NCBI GenBank assembly: GCA_040437565.1 | Contig: JBDOQK010000002.1 | Location: 496,001-560,000, forward strand | DNA from: Albugo candida | Taxonomy: Eukaryota | Direction: 5' to 3' | DNA: 64,000 nucleotides | Shown here: one piece after another, positions 10,732 to 21,067 of the stretch | How the letters are laid out: every line of letters begins with the position of its first letter | Numbering within the stretch: position 1 is the first letter of the stretch | Notes under the pieces: model-generated | What the model saw: only the letters and a program-made list of their open reading frames with translations | Database searches by the model: none | What the model was told of the DNA's origin: nothing | Position numbers and translations under genes: made by a program

Positions 10732-13700
10732 ATGGAGACGCCGTCAATCGGATCCTACTGCACAGACACTCTTGAGGCTTCCACAACATCGACACCATCA
10801 TCGTCCAACTCTTTTCAAGTCACACAACCAACTTCGTCCATCAAAATCAATTCTCTGCACCGCACCCCATCGTGTCGAAGTAACCGTCTTTCCACGTACC
10901 CACACTTTCCAAATTCTGTCAAAGAAAATGTTTCCGACTGCATTCCTCAAATTCCCGAAAGCAACGGACTCAGTCGAAGTTTACCCTTCAAAAGTCCTAA
11001 ATTAACGTCACGTTTTTTCAAAACCAAAAAACACTTCAGTACAAACGTTAAGGAAATCGATGGACGCGATGCATTCACAGACGAGCGACATGACTCATGG
11101 CACCTTCCGAAACAATCGATGTACTTCCTCAAGAATATCAGCTGGGTTCCGGACAATTTGGCTGAAAAGTGTTATGCTTGTCAGGTGGCATTCACGCTCG
11201 TGTTACGTCGTCATCATTGTCGGCGATGTGGTAATGTGTTTTGTGACTCGTGTAGCTCTTCCAGGATGCCAATTGTATCGGCAAATATATTCACTCCCGT
11301 TCGTGTGTGTGATAAATGTTCTGTGGCTGCAAGAAAAGCTTATGTGAAAATGGTGGAAGAGAAACAAAATTCCAGGGAACGAGCCTTCTCGAACGGCTAC
11401 ACGAATACTGGAAGGCAGTCTCCGATATCATTGAGAGCCTCGTTATATCCTGAGCCAAATTCTTCTTCAGAGGGTATCCAAGGCAATGGAACTGATCATT
11501 TCTTATGGGACGCAAATGAAAAGAGGAGAGCTACATGCGATGAATCGGATTCGGTCGATAGCCTAAATTGGGAAGAAAAATCTCTCTTATGCGATGAGAT
11601 TCCAAAAACCGATGAGAAAATGCGTCAAAGACATTATAATTCGATTCCAAGAGAGCAAGAAAGAGATACATTGGATGAAAGTCTGTCACAGACAGAGCTG
11701 ATGTTTCGACGTAATAGAGTCTGCGTACGTACGATCGAGGGAGAAAGTGTTCTTCTTCGGACTAAAGATGTCCGCATACAAATGCTTCATTTGGTCGATA
11801 CCAAGCAGATAGGAACGCTATATGTCACAAATTATCGAATTGTATTCAGTCCTCATCTCGGAAAATCGGAATTTGCCACTTCCAAAGTAATTCAAGATGA
11901 GAGAAATCGGATGAATCGAACCACAAAATTCGGAGCTCGACGGAATTTATGGGAAACAGAGGTCAAGTATCATACCGGCTTGGGTCGAGATGTATTGACC
12001 ACGTATCAGGCGATCCCATTACTGTCTATTGAGCGTGCAAAGCGAAAGGAGATGGTGGAGAACGATACCGGGATCTTGGATCTCGTGTGTAAGGATTTCC
12101 GGCGCGTTCAATTCACATTCGAAGGATTAGTCACTCGACAGATATTTCATCAATTCGATCGCACATATCGAATCATACGAGAATACTCGCTACAAGAAGG
12201 CCCCATCCGCATCGAAAAAATCGCATTTGCGCGATATTCCCAGGAACGTATCAGTTCCAAGCCACGTGAAGGATGTGTGCCTTACAACGCCAAAAAAGAG
12301 TTTGATCGATTAGGCGTCACCGCATCTAACGGCTGGCGCCTTAGTGAGCGTAATATGGAATATTCCTTATGTGAGACATATCCTTCTCTTTTAGCGATTC
12401 CAGCAAATGTATCGGATGAGATACTTTGTGTTGCTGCTCGATATCGCTCCAAAAGACGTATTCCGACACTATGCTGGCGAGATGTAGTGTCTGGAGCTTC
12501 CATCTCACGCAGTAGCCAGCCGCTGGTGGGCTTGGGTCAAAGACAATGCGATTACGATGTGTTTCTGATTCAGACGATTGCAGCTGTTAATCCATCGTCA
12601 AGCAAACTCGTCATCATCGACGCTCGACCATGGAAAAATGCGGTCGCTCAGAAGACAGTTGGACGTGCTGGGTACGAGCTGACTGCTCGGTATGAGACGC
12701 GTCATAATCCAGCCTCACTCAAAGATTTAAATGTGAGCGCATCGTTGATGGCGACGCACATCAAGGACGCCGATAGTCCTTCCGATCCTATCGACGAAAT
12801 ACTGACCAATCTTCCGATGACGATGGGATCCACACACAGCCATTCAGTGACATCTCAGACTGAGAGTCCACGAGCGCTTTCCATTATGGAAGACACAATT
12901 GCTGGAGAGGAATCCCCCGACGTTATGGCTACCTCTCAACTTGTATTGACGGAATGTAAGCTGATTTTCATGGGCATTGAAAATATTCACGTGATGCGAA
13001 AATCGTACATGAAGCTGTCAGATTTGTGCACCAGTACGAGCAGAAGCTGTATCGATAGTAAATGGCTCGATCAAATGGCAGCGACTCGCTGGATGGAACA
13101 CTTGTCACGCATTTTAGATTCTGCGATAGAAATTGCTCGTATCATTCATGAGCAACAAGCAAGTGTCCTGGTGCATTGTAGTGATGGCTGGGATCGAACT
13201 GCTCAACTGACTTCATTGGCTCAGCTGCTTTTGGATCCGTATTATCGCACTATCAAAGGCTTTCAGGTTCTCATTGAGAAGGAATGGTGTAGTTTTGGTC
13301 ACAAATTTCGCGATCGTACGGGTCACGGGATCTGCGGAACCTTTGGAAGCTCCCACGCTCAAGAGATCTCCCCGATTTTCCTCCAATTTATTGATTGTGT
13401 CTGGCAGATACAGCAGCAATTTCCATGCGCTTTTGAATTCAATGAGCGATTTCTGATACTTATTTTGGATCATTTGCATTCGTGTCGTTTTGGAACGTTT
13501 TTATATAATTGCGAGAAGGAACGCGTGCAAAGTGAGAGGAATGCACCTACGAATTCGTTGTGGGAATTTATGGACGCAATGGACGCATCGGTAATTCAAA
13601 ATGTGTTTTATCAGATGGAGATGCTATCGTGGCGCGATACAAAAGCCAACGTTGTGGCCACACGGCAGTGTTATGAGGTCGCAAATGATTTGGACGAGTA

Positions 13701-14658
13701 CAAGCGGCATCCACTGAGTCGAGCTGCTTCCGTCGATGCGGAACACGACGACGATATGAATATGATTGATACCGACAGCTCATCACATTCCAGTCGAAAT
13801 AGCTTTTCTTCCAGCGAATGTGCCGATGAAAACGCAGCGAGTTTGGAACTCCCATGGCCGAAAGAGCGCGATAGAAGATGGCTTACTACTGCTCGTGGAC
13901 GTCATGGTCATGGATGTAGAAACGCCACCGACATCGCAAGCACGATCTCGGACGATTGCTCACGCAATTTCCATCGAGTTGTATGTGATCTTGACTATGG
14001 AATATCATTTCCTGATCCATTGGATGTGTGTGCGATTTTGGCACAAAGTGGACCGCAAAAGAATCGACAACGGGAATTCGACAGTGAAATGAGTGCAATG
14101 CCTTCATCGCGATCGAGAAAGACCCCGGTACGTCGATTTTCCGCACCCGCTGGAGCGCTACGCGGTGTTTCACGCGACGAAAATTGTATAAATGCAAACG
14201 GAATGGATCAAATGCCGCTGTGGACGAATAACAAAAAACCGAGCGGTGTCAAAGTGCTGTTTCCGTGTGCGTCGCTCAAAGTAGTCCAATTCTGGAACGC
14301 ATACTATCTCCGTTGGGATTTACTGAAATGTCATAAACGGGATGCTGATCTTGAGATGGAAACACTTGGTCGAGATCTTCGCTTCCATATGCAGTGGACG
14401 CAACTCCATGTGGCACTACTGAAGCAGCAAAGCAACCAGTGCCTCGGGCGTCAGTGTGTAGCCTACAAGCGCGACGAAAAAAGTGCGTGTGGAAACACAC
14501 GAAAAAAAACTGAAAAGAAACGAAAATCTGTTGTGGATACGAATTTGAATCAGAGATACGCACAACTGCTTGAACGACGACGACAGGCGATGGAAATGGT
14601 TGAAATGGCATTTGAGGATGACGTCGGTCGTATGCTCTCATCGATCGCATCCTCGTGA
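10732..14658 (+). CDS. Myotubularin-family PI3P phosphatase with N-terminal FYVE domain
   Basis: FYVE (WVPD, CxxC, RRHHCRRCG, RVCDKC), PH-GRAM-like GTLYVTNYRIVF, RSSQP, intact HCSDGWDRT, LIEKEW.SFGHKF and FEFNE. Single exon, 1308 aa. Confidence 0.95.
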   Translation: METPSIGSYCTDTLEASTTSTPSSSNSFQVTQPTSSIKINSLHRTPSCRSNRLSTYPHFPNSVKENVSDCIPQIPESNGLSRSLPFKSPKLTSRFFKTKKHFSTNVKEIDGRDAFTDERHDSWHLPKQSMYFLKNISWVPDNLAEKCYACQVAFTLVLRRHHCRRCGNVFCDSCSSSRMPIVSANIFTPVRVCDKCSVAARKAYVKMVEEKQNSRERAFSNGYTNTGRQSPISLRASLYPEPNSSSEGIQGNGTDHFLWDANEKRRATCDESDSVDSLNWEEKSLLCDEIPKTDEKMRQRHYNSIPREQERDTLDESLSQTELMFRRNRVCVRTIEGESVLLRTKDVRIQMLHLVDTKQIGTLYVTNYRIVFSPHLGKSEFATSKVIQDERNRMNRTTKFGARRNLWETEVKYHTGLGRDVLTTYQAIPLLSIERAKRKEMVENDTGILDLVCKDFRRVQFTFEGLVTRQIFHQFDRTYRIIREYSLQEGPIRIEKIAFARYSQERISSKPREGCVPYNAKKEFDRLGVTASNGWRLSERNMEYSLCETYPSLLAIPANVSDEILCVAARYRSKRRIPTLCWRDVVSGASISRSSQPLVGLGQRQCDYDVFLIQTIAAVNPSSSKLVIIDARPWKNAVAQKTVGRAGYELTARYETRHNPASLKDLNVSASLMATHIKDADSPSDPIDEILTNLPMTMGSTHSHSVTSQTESPRALSIMEDTIAGEESPDVMATSQLVLTECKLIFMGIENIHVMRKSYMKLSDLCTSTSRSCIDSKWLDQMAATRWMEHLSRILDSAIEIARIIHEQQASVLVHCSDGWDRTAQLTSLAQLLLDPYYRTIKGFQVLIEKEWCSFGHKFRDRTGHGICGTFGSSHAQEISPIFLQFIDCVWQIQQQFPCAFEFNERFLILILDHLHSCRFGTFLYNCEKERVQSERNAPTNSLWEFMDAMDASVIQNVFYQMEMLSWRDTKANVVATRQCYEVANDLDEYKRHPLSRAASVDAEHDDDMNMIDTDSSSHSSRNSFSSSECADENAASLELPWPKERDRRWLTTARGRHGHGCRNATDIASTISDDCSRNFHRVVCDLDYGISFPDPLDVCAILAQSGPQKNRQREFDSEMSAMPSSRSRKTPVRRFSAPAGALRGVSRDENCINANGMDQMPLWTNNKKPSGVKVLFPCASLKVVQFWNAYYLRWDLLKCHKRDADLEMETLGRDLRFHMQWTQLHVALLKQQSNQCLGRQCVAYKRDEKSACGNTRKKTEKKRKSVVDTNLNQRYAQLLERRRQAMEMVEMAFEDDVGRMLSSIASS

Positions 14659-14694
14659 TCACTTGTGATCAATCCCATCTCACGTATTAGGCCT

Positions 14695-16230
14695 CTACTG
14701 CTTCTCGGCGTAGAAGAAACCCCATTTTTGGTCACCTTCCTCACATCGAATCAATTTTGCTTCCCATCCTTTAACAATGGCATTAAAATCGTCTTTGGAA
14801 GTGTGCTGGATAAACTCGTCTTTACTGGAAACTGTACGATCCAATTCTTCACGCAATATACTCATAAATTGACTGGTACGATCTTCAGCACTCACATTAC
14901 AGAACCCAGCTTCTGTTAGCAATCCGCCATACGCGTCGACTGTGAGCAAATGATACCCTCGGCCTTGTACGTAGTCGGCAAATCGATTCGTTGGGCGTTT
15001 TCCGCCCCGACAGTAATCGGTAATCAGAACGCGGCCACCAGGACGTAACCACCTGAAAAATCGCTCAAAAAGAGTCTTTTTGTCTTGAATATGGAGAATT
15101 GTATCGCGAGAGTAAATAACATCAAATGACTGATCAGGGAATTCTCGTGTGGTCGCGTCACAAATCTCAAATTCCACGTCGAGTTTGGTCTCATTCATTG
15201 ATTGTTCCAATGCGCGATGCACCATATTCGTTGACAGATCGATGCCCAATACGGAGACTCCATATTCCCGCGCCATGTAAAAGTCACCGCCACCAATTCC
15301 ACATCCTACATCCAACACACGTTCTTGTGGCTTCAGTTGAAGCCTCTCTACGAATTCGGTTGTGGTTCCTTGTCCTCCGGTACTCACATACCCTTTTCCG
15401 AAAATCTTTTCATACCGCTTGATACTTTGTATCGAGTATTGTTGCTCATCCAAAAACGTTTGAAACGTGTGCATTGCATTATTTCCAGCGGCTTTCATGA
15501 CTTTTGAGTAATAAAAACAAACTTGTCCGTTGTTCTGTTTGATTGTGCGATAGGCCGAGACACTGCACGATCGCTTTAAATAGAAATGACCGATTTTCGT
15601 GTTATTCGACTCGGTGGAAAACACTGCTCCAAACGCTTTCACATAAAAACTCGGATGACGATATTGTGTCGGATTGGCATTTCGTTTCACGTTGCCGGAT
15701 TGACGAAAACACGATTCCCGGAAGAATAATGTACCGCCGGGACGAAGCCATCGGATCGCTTTTGACGCAAATGCACGCACTTCGTCATCGCTCAGGTACA
15801 TAAACAGCCAATTGGAGAAAATCACATCAAGCGAGTTTTCCGGCAATTGCAGCTGAACGACATCCCGACACAGAAATTGTATGTTTCTATAGTGATTGTG
15901 TTTACTCAAATTAGCTTGATGGAATGTTTCCATGAATTCCACTGCAATCACCGATTTGGCTTGAGCGGCGATATAACCGGTGAAGCGTCCAATACCAGCA
16001 GCCAGTTCTAATACATCTTTGTCCTTCATATCGGGCGCTTTGCTGAGAATCTCAGGCACTTCGAACTCGTGGAGTTGCTCAGCATTAGTGTCCAGCATCA
16101 TGGACTCAAGCGTGGTCTCAGTACTACGAGGGGATTGGATGTCACGTGAGGTTTGGAAGGAGGATACTATCTACCTGTGAGTCGTCCAATACGACGTCAT
16201 TTCTGCGCGTGTCTCATCCTCTCGGGTCAT
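14695..16230 (-). CDS. PEAMT: Phosphoethanolamine N-methyltransferase (two SAM-MTase domains, plant-type architecture)
   Basis: VLELAAGIGRFT, FSNWLFMYLSD, FFRESCF, NPTQYR, FLD.QQY, VLDVGCGIGG, YSRDTILHI. Extra 5' exon 16175-16230 (MTREDETRAEMTSYWTTH) joined by a 51-nt GT-AG intron at 16124-16174. Confidence 0.95.
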
Positions 16231-16345
16231 TAGTGTTTAATGTATATGATTCTATTGTGTAGAAGTAGTCAATAGTGCGAGAGGGAAGATTGAGTCAAAG
16301 CGGAAACGATTGTGAGGGAATTCGAAAGTGGAGAGAATTGAGAGA

Positions 16346-16361
16346 GAATTAGAAGAATGAC
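16346..16361 (-). promoter_or_regulatory. Possible oomycete Inr/FPR-like core promoter element upstream of PEAMT
   Basis: Minus strand GTCATTCTTCTAATTC lies in a pyrimidine-rich tract ~115 nt upstream of the ATG. Imperfect match to the TCATTYYNCAWTT-type element. Confidence 0.3.
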
Positions 16362-16600
16362 ATCATAGCAACGGAGCGGTGTTTTATTATAGGGAAGGGG
16401 GAGTAGGAGCCAATAGAACGTATGACAATGACAAAATGGAGAAAATAGAAACTCTGGGTGCACTATGACTCATCTTTTACGCGATCACGACGTGATGGAT
16501 GGACATATTTTCTGATTGGATGAAATGAGTAGACACCGACTCTCCCTGTGGAAACGAACCGCACCTAGTAAGATTCGTCAAAGGGTGTTACTGAGAAACA

Positions 16601-19058
16601 ATGGATCGGCTATCGAATCAGGTAGAATTGGCTCGTTGGTGTAGAATGGAAGTCTTACGTATTTTCTGTAGATTTACGCAGCAAAAGAGACGCTATCTCG
16701 AGGAGATGCAGAATGGTCCGAATGTTCTCGAGTATTGGAAGATATCACGCACACAATCGAATCATTGGGACAACATGAAAGCATGAAACAAGTTGTGCAA
16801 AAGCTCTTATTCATTGCGGTATGTATCCGTTAATGTACTCGCGACATTAATGTAACACCTTATTTTAGGATGAAATTGGGACTCAACTTATTAGTGCGCG
16901 GTCTCGCTTGGCTGGAAATGTGGCCAAATTGCTTTCTCGGATCGTGATCCAGACCAAGCACGAATTTCGACCGTTAGCGGAGCGTCTTCTGGTGACATTA
17001 GCCAGAACAGCCAAATCGTCTTCGGCAGCCGTTCGGAATCCCGGATCGCGGCTGTTTCATGACATTTCTCAATATTCACGATACGATGTCAAGCTGCTAT
17101 GTCGTCTTTTTATCTCGGAGCATTCTACGCATGGTATGGGATTTGATACCAGCTATCTGTATCGATACTTATGCTGCTTTCTGTAGAACGAGTGAGATTA
17201 CTGGTTTCAGAGCAGATGGAATTTATTATCACACAGTGGAACAAGGCGGAACTGGAACCTTCTTACCTTGATTTATTGGAGGTTTTGCGTCGTGGAGTAC
17301 AAGATGCTTCTCAGAATGTTAGAAATCAATTCCGACGCGCGTTTTGTGCCTTTGCAGAAGTTTGGTGCGTATTGTATTTGCAATGCAAATATGTGTGCTT
17401 ATGTGAGGTGTAGGCAAGAACGGATTGATGAGCTCTGCGATAACATTCCCACAAAGACTCGTGACGCTTTCATCAAAAATAACAGCCACTCATTGCTTAC
17501 AAAGAAATTAATACAGCGCGACCAATTACGTGGGAAACAGCAAACGTCAAATTTACAGAAAAGTATGTCGATAGCGGAGAGGCGAGCATTCTTTCGTGAG
17601 AGTCGGAGAGATCAGTCTCGATTTGAAGTTGAAACCAAAATTCACATCTCGACACCGCCGAGGCTTCATCAACGTCGTGATAAGACTGCACCTTCTGCTC
17701 CGGAGAAGTCACTCCATGGTAGTCGACGTGGAGAACAAAGTGCATCTATCGAGTCTTCCAAGCCAGCTCATAGCTTACAGCTTGAGTTTACGGAGTCAGT
17801 TCTTGCGTCTGATCAAAGGATCAACGCTCCCTCAACGCATTCACCGACAATGAAATGGAACGGTGACTCTTATTTTCCAAGCACGTTTGAAATACCTCAG
17901 AAGAGAGATCTGTTTCATCAACCTGATGGATATGGAGCCATGAATGAGACCTCAGAATCTAAACAGCGTATTCCAGACCCAGATGCACCGGCTTCTTTAA
18001 ATCCAAGAAATCCAACTACTGCGAAAATAGGCAATACTTCGCTACGCTCTCGAGAAAAGAAGACTCTATTTAAAGATGAAGTGGATACAAAACAAAATCA
18101 TCAACCATTTCAGTCAGCGTTTGATACGAAAATCACCGAGGACCCGACCCCACCAAAATATCCGCTGTCTCCTGAGACGTTTATGGGAGCCGTTCCAAAG
18201 TATCATACTGCCGGCGGCGAGTGTTCTCGCCGTCACCCGTCGATGAAAGTATCATCCCCAAAAGCATTCCAAAATCCTTCCAGTTTCCGCTCCCAGTGTG
18301 ACAATACTGAAGCTTTCTCTCTTCTCGAAAATGTCAAATACGTTCATAATGGATTGTCGAATATACCAGGAATGGGTACATTTATGAAAGAACAAATGAA
18401 AACCGTTGAATCAAATGGAGGGTCAAAGTACAATCCGCCGAATAATACAGCGGAAAGAGTAGTACACCGTTTCAAAGAACATGATGCACAGGCACCAATG
18501 CGGCATCCCGAAGCTCAAAAATTATACCGCCGTGAATCATCTGAGATTCCGCCTCGAAAAGACATGTTACGACCAAGTCATTCCACAAAACCACTGAAAG
18601 ACCCTCTGAAGGAAGATATGGATGCGGCCCTTAAGCCACCTGGCATTCAACCAAAAATGACGTCGACCCGCAAACTACTATTCACGCTCTTTGCCTCATT
18701 GAGCATTGTTTTCGGATGCTCTGGCTTGCTTCGCGTAGGACGCATTCTAAAGACTTCGATTGAGTACCATAGAATGCTGACGTTGAGGATGGAGCAGTTT
18801 GAAAGCAGCATCTTGGAATCGCACCTGGCGGTCAAGAAATTGGAAGAAAATTATGCGATGTGGACAGAATACGTTCATGTATTGGCTCAGGAAGACGAAA
18901 AAGACGCATTATCGCATTTGGAAAAGGTGCAAGAAGATGTGAAAAAGTGGAGGGTGGAATTGAAGCAGGATATGGTCAATTTCAGACATGCGTTATCCCA
19001 AGAACTCGGAGAATTAGCGAACGTGTCTCGCGATTTGAACACCGATGCAAATCGATGA
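16601..19058 (+). CDS. CLASP_N/TOG (HEAT) domain protein with C-terminal transmembrane helix and coiled coil
   Basis: Spliced N-terminus MDRLSNQ|IYAAKETL..EWSECSRVL..QLISARSRLAGNV..GVQDASQNVRNQFRRAFCAF resembles CLASP_N. Then a long disordered middle, hydrophobic LLFTLFASLSIVFGCSGLL and a heptad-rich tail. Confidence 0.7.
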
Positions 19059-19753
19059 CAGATTCTTTTTTAGCGAGTCAGAATGCAGTATCAAGCTATT
19101 TATACGAATAAAAGCCAATCGTCAAGAACTATACGTCCAGCGCAATGAATTGCTTCGATTTTTGGTTCTGTTTTAAGGCACGCANNNNNNNNNNNNNNNN
19201 NNNNNNNNNNNNNNNNNNNNNNNNNNNNNNNNNNNNNNNNNNNNNNNNNNNNNNNNNNNNNNNNNNNNNNNNNNNNNNNNNNNNATGCTCTGGCTTGCTT
19301 CGCGTAGGACGCATTCTAAAGACTTCGATTGAGTACCATAGAATGCTGACGTTGAGGATGGAGCAGTTTGAAAGCAGCATCTTGGAATCGCACCTGGCGG
19401 TCAAGAAATTGGAAGAAAATTATGCGATGTGGACAGAATACGTTCATGTATTGGCTCAGGAAGACGAAAAAGACGCATTATCGCATTTGGAAAAGGTGCA
19501 AGAAGATGTGAAAAAGTGGAGGGTGGAATTGAAGCAGGATATGGTCAATTTCAGACATGCGTTATCCCAAGAACTCGGAGAATTAGCGAACGTGTCTCGC
19601 GATTTGAACACCGATGCAAATCGATGACAGATTCTTTTTTAGCGAGTCAGAATGCAGTATCAAGCTATTTATACGAATAAAAGCCAATCGTCAAGAACTA
19701 TACGTCCAGCGCAATGAATTGCTTCGATTTTTGGTTCTGTTTTAAGGCACGCA
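18716..19753. repeat. Gap-flanking duplication (18716-19184 = 19285-19753), assembly artefact
   Basis: 469 bp repeated at offset 569 around a 100-N gap. Confidence 0.9.
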
Positions 19754-21023
19754 ACGAATATCGTCGCTTCTCACTGACTCTAACAATATCTCAAATAGGG
19801 GAACGTACCCAACACCCCAAAAGCGCACAGGAAGGAACGAGCGATTTCGAGTTTGAAGTCGCTATCGACTCCAAAGTCAGACACGGTTGAGAGTTTTGGA
19901 GATAGCAATGACAACGTCACAGATTTATACACCTTTGGGAGAGTTTTGGGAGAAGGATCGTACGCGATTGTCCGAGAAGCCGTCTGTAAGAGAACTGGTG
20001 TGAAGTACGCGATCAAATGTATCCGACGATCGAATTTATTGCCGGAGGAGGAGAAAGGCATTGCTTGGGAAGTTGCTATTTTGAAAGAAATGCGTCATCC
20101 GAACATAATGGAAATCATCGGATTTTACGATACCATGGATTACTTTTATATCGTCTCAGAGCTCATTGAGGGAGGCGAATTGTTTGATCGAATTGTGGAA
20201 AAAGTATTGACATCGACTGTTTGCTTTGCTGGGTCTCAATGGCTCATATTTTTGATGTTGTAGTCATGTTATTCGGAAAGAGAAGCGCGTGATTTGGTGG
20301 CGACTTTGCTTCATGCTCTCCGATATATGCATGAAAATGGCATTGTGCATCGCGATCTGAAACCGGAGAATCTGTTGTTGTTGTCTTCTACTGATAATAC
20401 GCTCATCAAAATTGTGGATTTTGGATTTGCAAAACAGCTTCTTGATGGAGCGGATGGAATGAGAACGGCATGTGGAACGCCTGGATACATGGCACCGGAA
20501 GTTTTGCGGAGAGAATTGTACGGCAAGCCTGTTGATGTATGGAGCCTTGGTATCATTGTGTATATCTTGTTGTGTGGCTACCCACCGTTCTTTGATGAAT
20601 CTGACACGGTTTTGTGCCAAAAAATTTTCGAAGGGAAGATTGAATTTGACTCGCCGTACTGGGATGAAGTATCAGCCGCTGCCAAATCTTTTATCTGTAA
20701 AATGCTGATTGTCGATCCAAACAAGCGGTAAGACTGCTTCCTCACAATCGGCTTTTTGATCTCACTCAGTCTTTCATAACAGCGCGACAATGGAAGAATT
20801 ATGCCAAGATCCGTGGATAACTGGTAGCGACATTGCCAGCGATCCACTAGCAAGTGCACTGGTCGAATTGCGCTGTTTTAACGCAAAGGCCAGATTCAAA
20901 GCTGCTATTCATTCTGTCCACGCGACAATAAGCATGAAAAACGCGAGTACGAGCTCGGCTACCGCGAATGCTAAAGCTTGTTATATCAGGCCAAATGAGA
21001 AAGAATATACGGCGCCACACTAA
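19714..21023 (+). CDS. Ca2+/calmodulin-dependent (CAMK1-like) Ser/Thr kinase
   Basis: GEGSYA, YAIK, GGELFDRI, HRDLKPEN, DFG, TACGTPGYMAPE, DVWSLG and a CaM-binding-like tail FNAKARFKAAIHSV. Introns after 20204 and near 20728, plus a probable first GC-AG intron at 19747-19798. Confidence 0.93.
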
Positions 21024-21067
21024 TCATATTCGGGTAAAATGGCATATGCAGAGTCGCATTTCTTCCA

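Noticed and set aside
19145..19627. Separate 160-aa ORF
   Set aside because: Chimera of the kinase first exon, Ns and the duplicated 3' end of the TOG-TM gene.
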